From Scyliorhinus canicula (taxonomy: Eukaryota), in contig NC_052155.1 in NCBI RefSeq assembly GCF_902713615.1, positions 55,506,315-55,570,314 on the forward strand: 64,000 nucleotides of DNA, read 5' to 3'. The notes below the pieces were generated by a model. That model did no database searches. It saw only the letters and a list, made by a program, of their open reading frames with translations, and was not told where the DNA came from. The translations under genes and the position numbers were made by a program. This document shows positions 11,451 through 23,952 of the stretch, piece after piece (positions within the stretch are counted from its first letter, which is position 1; every line of letters starts with the position of its first letter).

Positions 11451-11697
11451 CTGCGTGGAGTTTGCACGTTCTCCCCGTGTCTGCGTGGGTTTCCTCCGGA
11501 TACTCCAGTTTCCTCCCACAGTCCCAAGATGTGCAGGTTAGGTGGATTGGCCATGCTAAATTGCCCCTTGGTGTCCAAAGGTTAGGTGGGGTTACGGGGA
11601 TAGGGTGGTGGCGTGGGCTTAGGTAGGGTGCTCTTTCCAAGGGCTGGTGCAGACTCGATGGGCCGAATGACCTCCTTCTGCACTGTAAATTCTATGA
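11451..11697 (+). mobile_element. 5'-truncated HE1/V-SINE-type SINE
   Basis: V-domain gtctgcgtgggtttcctccgg..ctcccacagtcc and tail ttctgcactgtaaattctatg, shared with other copies in the window. Confidence 0.85.
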
Positions 11698-12889
11698 CTG
11701 CCCTATAACTTTTCTGAATTAAATATATCAGAGAGTCCTGTGGTCTTAACACTGACCCCTGGGCAAACATCATTGCATACTCCCCTCCCGTCTGGAAGAA
11801 CAGTTGTTTACCAGGACTCTACTTTCTTTACCTTAGCCAATTATGTATACATGCAACTGCTGTCGCTTTATTCCCATGGGCTTCAATATTGCTAACATGT
11901 CTATAATGTGGTGCTTTATTATGCATTTTGAAAATCCATTTATATCAGCTGCACTGCCGTTATCAACCCTGTCTGTTACTACATTAAGGACATTAACAAA
12001 GTTAGTCAAACACGATTTGCCTTAAACAAATCTGTGTGGACGTTTGTTTATTAATCTATTTGTTTCCAAGTGCCAACTCATTTTGTTTTATTTTTGTCTA
12101 GTCTTGTCATCAACGGCATTATGTGGCTTTCAGTTGTTGGCATCATCCCTCTCCGCAATTTTAAACAGGGATGCAATATTTCCAAGTTTCCTATCCTCTG
12201 GCACCACCCCCACATACAAGGAAGATTGGAAGATTGTGGCCAGTATCTCCTGTAATTTCTAGTAAAGCTTCCATCACTACTCTAGGGGCCAGCAGAACAT
12301 CCTCCTCCGACGAGATCTCCTGCAACCCCCTCCCAACAATCTATACCCCCTCCCCCGCTCCCCCATGTACCTGCCGTAGTCAAAGGACCACAACTGTGGC
12401 TTCTAGCCCTTCCGCAGAGAGATGGCCCATCCATGCTGATGGTTTTTTTGAGATTAAGGAAACACTGTTTAAAATGTGCATCAATGTCTCCTAACTACAT
12501 AGGCAGCTCCCACCCCTGACAGTGGTGGAGCACCTTCTATTGGCCCTCCAGCCTTGGAAGCTTGTCTGCGGTCGGTAATTGGATGGTGAATGGACACACC
12601 GGCTACTTGTTAAAAATCGTGTTGGCCATCAGGGTCATATCATCAGGGACGTAGTGCGGGGACCTGAAATTATATCCACTCCAGGGTCGTGACCTCAGAA
12701 AATCCAGCCCATGGTTTCCATTTCATATTTTGCTTTACTGTTTCAAATCTGTAAGTATTCAAAGGGGAAATGTTTTGAAACATTTAAAATTGTCTTTTAA
12801 CATAACCGTTACCAAACGTTTTATGGGTACAACTTGATGTTTACTTATCAAAATTTTTTGTTTACAGGATCATGGTAAATTGAACAAAA

Positions 12890-13217
12890 ATGTCCTCACT
12901 GTGCCATCGCATATGTTACCGTTGGTCTTCATTGAGAATCACTGGACTGGTTTTCTCTTCAAAGCAAGAAACAAAGGTGTTGCCTAAAGCATCATACAGT
13001 CTTCGATCTTGGTCTGGTTTAAATACACATCCATGCCTCTTAACTCAAAAACTCTGGAGGTTGGAAAATCCGAACTTGAATTCTTCAGCAGCAGACTCAC
13101 CACCAAGTGAGGAAGATGGCACTGCAAGGTTCACAGAAAGCAGTATTTTGCTAAACACAAACCAAAACCATGGCAAAACAGAACCATCTAGACTAGCCAT
13201 AGACGTACAACCTATGG
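12890..13217 (+). CDS. MTERF3: Mitochondrial transcription termination factor 3, first coding exon (328 bp)
   Basis: tttacAG acceptor at 12866-67, ATG at 12890, Arg/Ser/Leu-rich presequence-like N-terminus. G|GTAAGC donor at 13218, phase 1, in frame with the next exon. Confidence 0.85.
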
Positions 13218-14219
13218 GTAAGCAGATAGAAAAGCTGTATTTTTTGGTGTTTATAGTAACAAAAAAATGTAGCTTGGATTTGATTTTAACCAACCGTCAG
13301 CTGGCTCCTAAACTCTGGAATTCTCTTCCAAAATCCATGTATCTTTCTTTTGTCTTCCATTAATCAAGTCTGTCTTCTGGCTCAGTGTCAAACCTTATCT
13401 GATAGCACTCCTATAAAACTCCTTGAAATATCTTATTCTGCTAAAGATGCTGTGTAACTGCTTCTTGTCAGTGAGGCAGCCTTTAGTTATCCATAATGAA
13501 CTGGGAGCACAAATTCAATTGTCTTCTGGTGCCTTGCCCAAATATCAGTTATAAAAATAAAAAAAAAAGCCTCTCTGTTCAATATCCATGGACTGCTTGA
13601 TTAACTGAGGCCACTGCAGCTGAGTATAAACCTCTTCTCACCTGGGATCTGTGCATGTGTGTTACTATCACCTCTGTATGGTCGTGATGTGGCTAAGTCC
13701 AAAGCAGAGACTGAAACTGTGCAGTTCAACACATACGAGATGGCAGCTTTAGAGATACATAAAATGTATATAGTAATACCTGCAATGACTCTGATTTATG
13801 TGAGTGAATGATGCATCATATAATATTTTTACCCATTGAGCTGGAAGAATGATGCATTTGCTGGTCCCAGTCATGTTCAACAGAGCTATGTACTTCTTTT
13901 AAAATAACTTCCTGGTGACATCATCTGCTGCGGGTCGAGAACAAATGTCAGCAAAGCCATAAGAAAAAGAAAACCAAGCTCTAGGCTTTATTACTAGAGG
14001 AATAGAATTGAAAAATTGGGAATTTATGCTAAACCTGTATCAAACTCTTGGTTAGATCAGACTTTGAATACCGCATGCAGTTATGGTCACCACGTTATAT
14101 GAAAAAACTATACAAGAACAATTTAGCACCTTTTAAAGTAGTAAAACATCCCAGGATGCTTCACAAAAGCATTACGGATGAAGAATGGTTCCAGGAGACA
14201 CAAGAGAATACTAGGTCAT

Positions 14220-14522
14220 CATAGAATCCCTAGGTCATAATAGAATCCCTAAAGTGCAGAAGGGGGCCATTCGGCCCATTGAGTCTGCATTAACCCTTCG
14301 AAAGACCACCCTGCCCAGGCCCAATGCCCTGCCCTATTCCTGCAACCCCATCCTAAAGGGCAATATAGCATGCCAATCCACCTAACCTGCACATCTTTGG
14401 ACTTTGGGAGGAAACCAACGCATACATGGGAGAATGTGCAAACTCCACACAGACAGTCACCCAAAGTTAGAATCAATCCCGGGTCCCTGACGCTGTGACG
14501 CAGCAGTGCTAACCACTGCCAC
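14220..14522 (-). mobile_element. HE1/V-SINE-type SINE
   Basis: Reverse complement of the tRNA-like head and V-domain; short tandem tail catagaatccct. Confidence 0.8.
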
Positions 14523-15064
14523 CTGGTCAGATGAGCAAAAGCTTGGTCAAAGAAGTAGGTTTTAAGTGGTGTCTTATAGGAGGAAAGTGAGGTGGAGGGC
14601 ACTGAAAAGAGTGAGAGAAGGTTTACAAGGATGATGCCAGAAATATATAAGTATGAGGAAAGGACCGACAGGCTAGGTCTCTTATCTCTTGAAAAACAAA
14701 ACTAGAGGTATTTAAAATTCCAGAAGGTTTTAATAGAGTGGAGACAGAGAGAACGTTTTCTCTTGTGTAGAAGAAGACAACTATAGGCCATCAATATAAG
14801 ATAGTCACCAGGAAATCCAGTAAGTGATTCAGGAGAAATTTCTTTACTCAAAGACTGATGAGAATGTGGAACTCGCTACCACAGGGAATTGGTTGAAATG
14901 AATAGTGTACATGTATTAAGGCGAAATTGGAAAGCATATGAGCAAAAAGGAATTAGAGGTGATATGATTCATGATAGACTTAGATGGGGAAAGGGGAGGA
15001 GGCTCAAGTGAAGCATAAACATTGGCATGGACTGGTTGGGCTGAATGGCCCGTATATCTTATGG

Positions 15065-17070
15065 CATGATTTTTCAAGCCTAAGGTCACGACCTGCGGGT
15101 GGATCACGGGCGAGTGTCGGGAGAGTCATGGAGCGATCAGTCGTGGCCCTTCCGATTGCGAGAGAAGCACCCAACAGCCACGACCAGCTTTTACATTGAG
15201 AATGCCGCCCGCGCCTGCCAGCAGCCCAGCATTTTGCCTTGCTCCATCCAATTGCACCCACTTTATCCAATGGGTGATTAGCTTTCCTAATGTCATATCC
15301 AACGTCTAATTGTTCAGTTGACCAATAGGAGGAGGCGGGCAGTACTTCCAGCGGTGGGATTGGTGGAGCTCGGGGCCTGTGATGGACACGGAGAGCGGCC
15401 AAGTGAGGTTTGTGTGAGGGGTGAGAATGGCGGGTCACAATGCTAGCAGTCAGCACCAGTTCACTGGCTTCCACAAGTACTTCACATAGATCATAGAATT
15501 TACCGTGCAGAAGGAGGCCATTCAGCCCATCGAGTCTGCACCGGCTCCTGGAAAGAGCACCCTACCCAAGGTTAACACCTCCACCCTATCCCCATAACCC
15601 AGTAACCCCACCCAACACTAAGGGCAATTTTGGACACTAAGGGCAATTTATCATGTCCAATCCACCTAACTTGCACATTTTGGACTGTGGGAGGAAACCG
15701 GAGCACCCGGAGGAAACCCACGCAGACACGGGGAGGATGTGCAGACTTCGCACAGACAGTGACCCAAGCCGGAATCGAACCTGGGACCCTGGAGCTGTGA
15801 AGCGATTGTGCTATCCACAATGCTACCGTGCTGCCCCACCATCACAGAGAGGAGGAAGTATGTGATAGCTACATAAACAGGGATTACAGCAATTTGTTTG
15901 TTCTTCAAACAAGAAGATACAAGAAGAAGGCACCAGCAGTAATCACAGAAAATAAATTATGTGTTTCTCCTCTGGGGCAGGGCAAGTGGAATTTAAGCAC
16001 CAGCATGTGAAATCTGTGTGAATGTTTGAAACCTTGGCTAGTGTGTCACTGTAATGGCGTATTATAAGTTATCAGTCTTAACAAATAAAACTCATGGGAC
16101 ACAATGTGCTGTTTAAAGAAAAGAGAATGGCGTCCACCAGCATGCCCCTCGGGCAGATCCAGCAGTGTACAGTCTCGTTGCCCAGCAGGACAGAATGCCA
16201 CCTCCTGACGTCAGCACGCTGTCCCAATAACGCCACCTGTCGTCAGCATGCTGTCCCAGGACCAGATTTCTTCTTAAAAACGCCAGAGTCTTCGCACCAG
16301 AAGGGGTGAGAGAGCAGGTCACACGCACAAAATGTACACTGATGTCACGCGCTCCGTGCTTTGGCTGCAAAATCCTGAATGAGAAATTCCTCCATTTTGT
16401 AGCTACCAGCAATCAAGCAACAGGAGTGTGTGAAGAACTGAAGTTAAATCAGTTTATAATAACGAAGAGAGAACCAGAGATACAAACAGGCCAGGATCTC
16501 ACAACTGAACTTGCTGGAGACAGCTTCTCAGGAGACTCCACGGCAGGACAAAGCAGTGCTGGCGTGAGCTCCAGGGCCTCTGATGAACAACCCATTAAGA
16601 AGGAGCTGAAATCGGAAACAAATCTGTAGAAAGATGATTTCTTGAGGTATGGCTTTATTAATTGCGCCAGTGCAAATCAGGATGCAATGCCCATGTGCAT
16701 TATGTCCAGGGAAGTACTGGCAAATGAAAGACTAAACCCTCAAAACTTCAAAAGCATTTAAAGACTAAGCATGGCAAGTTTGAGGACAAACATCTTTATT
16801 TTTTTGAAAGGGTGCAGTGAAAACTTAAATCATCAGCTGAAGCCCTTAGCAGAAATGTAACATTGAACGACAAAGCAAGTGAGTTCATGAGGAGCAAGCA
16901 GGCTCACCTGTCGCAAGGTAAGCAAAAAAGTCAGTTGCGAAGTTTGGAGAATGTGGGTCGCGAAGACTGGCTGGCCGGCGGGGGTCACAGGATTAGCTGG
17001 CCGGCGTGGGTCCCGAAGGAAGGCCGATTGGTAAAAATGGGTGCCAGGCAAAAAAATTTGAAAAATACTG
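15065..17070 (+). mobile_element. hAT (Charlie/Buster) internally deleted transposon with a nested SINE
   Basis: 8-bp TSD tcttatgg (15057-64) / tcctatgg (17071-78). TIRs catgatttttcaa / ttgaaaaatactg. Disrupted BED-finger remnant at ~16630-16880 (DDFLRYGF..PMCIMSREVLANE..KPSKLQKHLKTKH). Confidence 0.88.
15486..15836 (-). mobile_element. Full-length HE1-type SINE nested in the hAT element
   Basis: Near-identical to the copy at 57244-57598, in the opposite orientation. Confidence 0.9.
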
Positions 17071-17193
17071 TCCTATGGAATCTATGTATGTGGAGAGAGA
17101 AACAGAGTTCACGCTTCAGCGAGAAAACCTTTCATCAGTTCTGCTCTGGAATTGTAATCTTTGGCTAATTTAGTATTTTTATTTAAATCCCAG

Positions 17194-17346
17194 CATTAGA
17201 TGATGCCCCACCCCCTTCTCTGTTTGAAGAAATATCTGAAGAAGAAGCTTTACGAATTGAGGCAAGTCCTCCACTACCTCCAACCTCTTTTACCCTGCGT
17301 GACTATGTTGACCAGTCTGAAACTCTAACCAAGTTGGTGCTGCTGG
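17194..17346 (+). CDS. MTERF3: MTERF3 coding exon 2 (153 bp)
   Basis: Encodes [50 protein letters not shown]; AG/GT junctions. Confidence 0.95.
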
Positions 17347-17661
17347 GTACGTAACAATTCTTTTGAAATAATTCCAGCATCTTGGACATAGATGTAGCCG
17401 GCTATTCTAGCTGACTGTTATTCACGTGTATATAACGTCTTTATGTACACAAGCTTCACGGTTTTCTTTGAAGTTTAGTGCCATTTAAGAATTGAATCAC
17501 TGTGGGCTACAAACATACAAAAATTATTGAAAGGAAAAGGACATTTAGTCCATTGAGCTTTTCCAATACAGTTTTAACCAATACAGGTACTGGTTTTAAG
17601 AATTATGATCAAATGGTTCCACCTATCAGTAACTCCTAGAAATAAAGACAGTCCAGAGGAA

Positions 17662-17875
17662 GGGGTGACACAGTGGTTAGCACTGCTGCCTACGGCACTG
17701 AGGACCCAGGTTCTGTCCCGGCCCCGGTTCACTGTCTGTGTGGAGTTTGCACATTCTCCATGTGTCTGGATGGGTTTCGCCCCCCACAACCCAAAGATGT
17801 GCAGGTGAGGTGGATAGGCCAAGCTAAATTTCCCCTTAATTGGAAAAAAAATTGGATGCTCTTAATTTAAAGAAA
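17662..17875 (+). mobile_element. Short tRNA-derived V-SINE
   Basis: A-box-like head (gtggttagc) and A-rich tail; same family as the copies at 32372 and 55861. Confidence 0.8.
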
Positions 17876-19623
17876 AATCCAGAGGACAGTGGGTTAAGGG
17901 TGATGTCATGCGAACGGGGGTGGTGGTGTCGGATGGTCAATGGGGTGGGGGTGGCAGTAGTAGTTGTGCCGGATCGGGGGCTGGTGGTCAGGTTGTCTGG
18001 GGGGTGGTAGTTGGACTTGGAGGAGAGTTAGGCAGTTGTGATTTGGGGGGTGGGGGGGGGATTGTCAGGATGATAGATCTGCACTTTGGTTAATATATCT
18101 TATGTGTCGCCGCACTATATATTACTCAACAGAACTTAAACTGAGCGTCATGCGTGAAGTAAATTAATAATAATAAACACTTGTCACAAGTAGGCTTCAA
18201 TTAAGTTACTGTGAAAAGACCCTAGTCGCCACATTCCAGCGCCTGTTCAGGGAAGCCGGTACGGGAATTGAACCTGTGTTGCTGGCATTATTCTGCATTA
18301 CAAGCCAGCTGTTTAGCCCACTGTGCTAAACCAGGCAGCTTTAAATTGTAGCTTTATTTAGTCAGTTTTCAGATATCTCTTGATCAAGTCAGTTTGCTTG
18401 CAAATACAGAATTTTTAAAAGTTTGTTTTGTCCAGGCAAATACAGATGACTGAGTCAAATTCAATACAAAGTACAGTTCTTGGTGATTTCTTCAAGTTAA
18501 AATACACAATTCAGAGAAGTTGAAAATAGACAAAATGGCGGCTTTCGGAGCAAAGCGCAGGAAATAATTAAAGAAATGAAGTAAGATGATTCTGGAATAA
18601 ATTGCCCAAATCGGCACCTATTTTTAAGGTAATTGCTATCGTTAATGTTCTGTCCCCTTTCTGTCTGTGATTGGGTCATAATAATTATAGTTCATTTTAT
18701 TTGATAGAAATGGCTGTCCATCAAATTTTGGTACGGGGTGACTGTGTTATCCTATTTCCACCATACTTTATCAGTTCTCATGAACACTGAACTAGGAACG
18801 TTGCCCAGATTTACATACTAACGAATGTGTCTGTCTGGAGTTATAATCTGATTATTCTCATTATATTCAGCAGTTTTCACTGTTTGTCTGTTTGAACTGT
18901 GTGACCTTAATGAACCATTGTCATTCTGAAGCACTTTAATAAGCCGTTTTGATTTTGAACTATTTCTTCCTTTTAAACCTATTATATATTAAAAGCTAGA
19001 TTTCTATCACGGGGTCAGTTGGGTGATTGGGAGTGTCAGTTGTGGATATTTTTAACCTGTCTAACAATTCCTGGGCAACGACCCAGGTGGGTCCTGTCGA
19101 ACCTTTGAAGTCTCTGACTCTAACATAGTCTGAGACTTTAGTGGAGGATCCCAGAGAACAGGGGAATTCACTAATGAAAGTTGAAACCTCTCCGGCAATT
19201 CCCAGGTATTTCCATGCGTCAGGACTTCCACAGGGTCTTGACGTGCATCTTCATATGTCTAGTGTTCAATGATCCAGAGGCCTGAAAATTTGGTGCTATA
19301 TTATTTTAATGGACTTCCTCTGACCTTTTTCAGTGCCTCTAAATCTTCCGTTATGTGATGGGACCAAAACCGAACACAAAATTCTAAATGAAGCCTAATC
19401 ACATTCTTGTGTAAGGATATTATAGTGATCTTTGTTCAACATTAGGCTATCTGTGCAATATATCCCAGTACTTCATTAGCCTTTATTAAAACATGGTGGT
19501 ACAGATCATAAACTTTGAGAGACTCATCAGGAAAATTGCAACCGGAAACATTGTACACTCATTCATATTTTCTCTTTTGATATTCTTCTCATATTATTAA
19601 TTTCCTCATCTCCTACCTCACCT

Positions 19624-20765
19624 GGTTTCACATTGCCGGGTAGATGCCAGTGTTGTAGCTATGCTGGAACAGCTTGGCTAGTGGTGTGGCAAGTTCTGGA
19701 GCGCAAGTCTTTGGTACTATTACCGGAATATTGTGAGGGCCCATAGCTTTTGCAAGTCCAGTGCCTCAATGTGAAGATGGGACTTTGTCTCCACAACGAC
19801 TGTGCAGTGGTCACTTCTACCGATTATTGTCATGGACAGATGCATCTGCAGCAGGCAGATTGGTGAGGATGAGGTCAAGTATGTTTTTCCCTCTTATTAG
19901 TTCCTTCACCACCTTCCCTGTCCCCGTCTAGCAGCTATGTCCTTTAGGACCCAGCCAGATCAGTCTTTGGTGGTACTACCGAGCCACTCTGACATTGGTC
20001 TCCCGCCCAGATCATATTCTGCACCCTTGGCACCACAGTGCTTCCTCCAAGTGGTGTTCAACATGGAGGAGTAATGATTAATCAGCTGATGGTGGCCGGT
20101 ACATGGTAATCAGCAGGAGTTTTCCTTGCCCATGTTTAAACTGAAGCCGTGAGACTTCATGGAATGTTGAACACTCTCAGGGCAACTCCCTCCCGACAGT
20201 ATATCATTGTGTCACCACCTCTGCTGGGTCTGTCCTGCCGGTGAGACATACCCTGGTATAGTGATAATGGTGTCTGGGACATTGTTTGTAAGGTATGATT
20301 CTGTGAGTGTGATTATGTCAGGCTGTTGATTAACTAGTCTGTGAGACAGCTCTCCTAACGTTGTTACAAGCCCCTACATGTTAGTAAGGAGGATTTTACA
20401 GGGTCGGTCGGGCTAGTTTTGCTGTTGCCGTTTCTGGTGCCTGGTTCGCTGCCTGGTGGTCCTTCCGGTTCCATTAATTTTTTGTGTTTTCATTGTGGTT
20501 GAATACAACTTGAGTAACTTGCTAGGCCATTTCAGAGGGCATTTAAGAGTCAAACACATTGCTGTGGATCTGGAGCACATGTAAGCCAGACCAGGTAAGG
20601 ATGGCAGATTTCCTTCTCTAAAGGATATTCATGAACCAGATGGGTTTTTACGACATTTGGCAATGGTTTCATGGTCATCATTAGACTTATAATTCCAGAT
20701 ATTTTATTGAGTTTAAGTTCCATCACCATCCATAATGGGATTCGAACCTGGGTCCCCAGATCATT
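19624..20765 (-). mobile_element. Degenerate LINE fragment (CR1/L2 group)
   Basis: Shares sequence with 24960-25210 and 44860-45135 (ccagaccaggtaaggatggcagatttccttc). No intact ORF. Confidence 0.55.
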
Positions 20766-20985
20766 ATCCTACCGCTTACCCTCATTCTCTCAACTTCCAT
20801 ATATGGATAAATCAGTGTTTGGATTCTGGGATCAGTGATATTGTTCTGTGCAAAAATATATGGTTAACATGTATAAAAGCAAAACAACTTTATTTTTATG
20901 ACTAATTTTCATAGCCAGAAAATAAAGAAATAGCTTTTGACATTGTGCACTATTAATGCATTTTGCTTTTAATCATATCTTACAG

Positions 20986-21175
20986 GTGTGGATCTGTCTA
21001 AGTTAGAAGTGCGACCGAATGTGGCCAATATGCTCTTACGGTTGGATTTTGACAGAGATATAAAAGGGCGACTTCTATTCCTAAAGGATGTGGGAGTAGA
21101 CGATCAACTGCTTGGAGCATTCCTCACTAGAAACCCTTTCATTTTGACTGAGGACATAGAGAATCTACAGATGAG
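20986..21175 (+). CDS. MTERF3: MTERF3 coding exon 3 (190 bp)
   Basis: Encodes [46 protein letters not shown]; AG/GT junctions. Confidence 0.96.
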
Positions 21176-21253
21176 GTAAAGAAAAGGATTGGATGATCTA
21201 TAAAGATAGCCCGAGGAGTGTCAGGAAACTGATGAGATCTGCAAGTAGAAATG

Positions 21254-21458
21254 GGGTGGGACTTTTCCCACGCCACGCGGTGTGTTTTGTGGCGGCGCAG
21301 GTAGCTCACCATTGGCCACAGTCGGATTTTCTGGTCCCGCACTGTCAACAGAGTTCCCCATTGTATGCCCCCCCGCCGCCGCCGGGTAACCCACTGGGGA
21401 TTCGCCGTCGGCAGGACTAGAAGATCATGCGGAGGGAACGGTAGTAAAATTCCAGCCC
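21254..21458. mobile_element. Short Harbinger-type MITE
   Basis: Imperfect TIRs gggtgggacttttcc / aaaattccagccc with a 3-bp ATG duplication. Related copy at ~24713-24891. Confidence 0.6.
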
Positions 21459-22837
21459 ATGAGGGAAACAAATCTGGAAACATAAAGCAGAACATTAAAA
21501 CATTCTTCTAGTCTGGCAGGAGTAAACAATGGGGAAAATGAGGTTTTGGCTCATTAACTTACAATGGCAAAGTGGTGTCAAACAATAGGAAAAGAAAACT
21601 GAGGTATTTAATTATTGATTTTAAATGCTTACAGAACAAAGAGGTGGAAGAAATGCAAGACTTGAGCTATAATTTAAAGGTGAATGTAGGTTGACATAGA
21701 GTTACAGGGTAATTAAGTCAGGTGAGAAGGCTATTTAGCTTCTTGAGTCCATGCCTACTCTCTGTGGAGCAACCCGACCAGTCCCATTCTCCTGCTCAAT
21801 CCCCTACAGACCTGCAAGTTTATTTCCCTCAAGCACCCATCCAATTTCCTTTCAAAATCATTGATCATCTCTGCATCCACCACCCCCATTGGCATTGCAT
21901 TCCAGATCATTACCTCTTGCTACATAAAAAAAGTTTCACTCACATTCACCCTATATCTCTGGCCCAAAAAACTGCATCCTCGTTATTATTGGCTGATGGC
22001 AACAGTATATTTTTTTTTCTGTCTTTTCGCAACATGTTGTAATCTCTTTCAAACCTCTCCTTTGCTCCAAATAAAACAACAGCTTCTCCAACCTAACATT
22101 GTAGCCCTCATTTGGAATCATTCTGGTAAATTCCTCTGCACCTTCTCAAGGACTCTCATATCCTTCCTAAAGGCGAACAGGCAGTGAAATGTGGCGACTA
22201 GGGGCTTTTCGCAGTAACTTCATTGCAGTGTTAATGTAAGTCCACTTGTAACAATAAAGATTATTATTATAAGTGTGGTGACCAGAACTGGAAACAATAC
22301 TGTAATTGTGGCCTAACTAGAGGTTTATAAAGGTTCAGTATAACTTTCCTGGTTACTTTACTCAATACTTCTATTGATGCAGCCAAAGGGCCTATACACT
22401 TTGTTAACTATTCGAATAGTTAACAAAGTGGTTAGCACTGCTGCCTCATAGCACCAGGGACCTGAATTCAATTTTGGCCTTGGATGACTCTCTGTGTGGA
22501 GTTTGCATATTGTCCCCATGTCTATGTGGATTCCCTCCCACAGTCCAAAGATTAAATTGTACCACATGCCCAGGGTTGAGCAGGTTTTAGAGGGTCGGTG
22601 CAGACACGGTGGGCCTAATGGCCGCCTCCTGCACGGTAGGGATTTTATGATTCTACTCTCATATGACCTGTCATTTCATAGATCTATGCACGTGAACCCC
22701 CAGGTCCTTCTGTCCCTGCACTCTTTAGAGCTGTGGTATTAAGTCAATATTGTCTCTCCCTATCCTTTGATTAACATTTTTAATTCTGGATTTTGAGCAA
22801 ACTGGCTTTACTGATTGCATGTATTATTACAGATATT

Positions 22838-23952
22838 GGGCACGATCTAACGGGCGCGTCACACTCGAACAGGAGTGTGGCATGGTTGGTAGATGCCGAG
22901 TGAAGTTTGCCGCGGGCTTCCCGTCAGCCAGTAAACCTCATGATATCAGGGTAGACCTTGCGAGGCATCGGGATCAGGACCCCACTCATAATGGACTGGA
23001 CCAAGCCACAATCGCTGAGTCAGTTTTGAACACAGTGCGCTCACCCGGGATCTACCGGCCTCTCCAGGGAGGCTCCAACTGGGCACCTTTCAGTACTGGT
23101 CTACTCAAACATGGACCAGCGGAATGACACACAAGGTGGGTCTCCCAAGCCATCAGAGGCCCCAGGGTGGCCGGGGATCAGGCAGCGTGGCCCCCCTGGC
23201 CCTCCCCCTGGAACACAGGGTGACGGTGGCAATGTGTCTGGGTGGCACCGCCAAGGGTCAGGGCCTGAGGGGGCCATGCCCATGAAAGGAGGGTGGATGA
23301 CGGTTATGAAGGGTGTGGGGGTGCTGGCAAGCTCATCTCGGCAACTGGAAAGTCTCCTCACATCTGGGAGCCATTTTGTCCAGCAGTTCCGATCTTCCTT
23401 CACCGCCCCCCCATTGCTCTTTTGACCCTGCCCTCACTCCTCCAATCTTGGGGAGGCCCCTATGAACCCCATTCACTCCCCTCTACCTGGCAAAGACCCT
23501 TGGGCCAGGCCCCTGGCAGTGCCAGCCAGGCACCCTGGCACAGCCAATGTGTCTGTGTGGCACTGCCAGGGTGCCAGGCTGGCATTGTCAGAGTATCCGG
23601 GTGCCGGGGGTGTGCCAGGGTATCACCCTGTCTTGTCTTCAACCATGGGGAGGGGGGGGGGGGTCTCCAATGTCCTGAGAGAACCCCCCAGGTGCTGTTA
23701 CGCCTTGTCCATGTTTGTGTGGACCAGTACTAAACAGCACCTAGGCAAGGCTTCCCAGGTACTGCCTTTTGGGCACTGGTGAATCCTGCATTGGGTATTT
23801 AAATGAAGGTGAGATCTAGATCGCGCCGGGGTGGGGGGAGCGAGTCGATGACTTGCGATCAGCCCAGCGTTGGTCTAATTTTGGGCTCGCGGACGATTCA
23901 CCTGTTGCGTCCATATCCGGGCCGGGCACAACAGAGCCACTGAATTGTACCC
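22838..23952. mobile_element. GC-rich non-autonomous Harbinger-type element
   Basis: Ends gggcacgatc / gaattgtaccc with att/act flanks and internal (t)gccagg(g) repeats. Homologous to 62061-62830. Confidence 0.6.

Larger units (their letters stand above)
8060..12260 (-). mobile_element. Degenerate CR1 LINE split by the Tigger element and a SINE
   Basis: CR1 3' end-like sequence at ~8060-8527, continuing at 10903-11450 and 11700-12260 as antisense RT remnants. Confidence 0.7.

Noticed and set aside
13218-13363. ORF-track extension of MTERF3 beyond 13217 (and similar extensions at other exons)
   Set aside because: This is read-through into the intron past a consensus GT donor; homology continues in the next exon.
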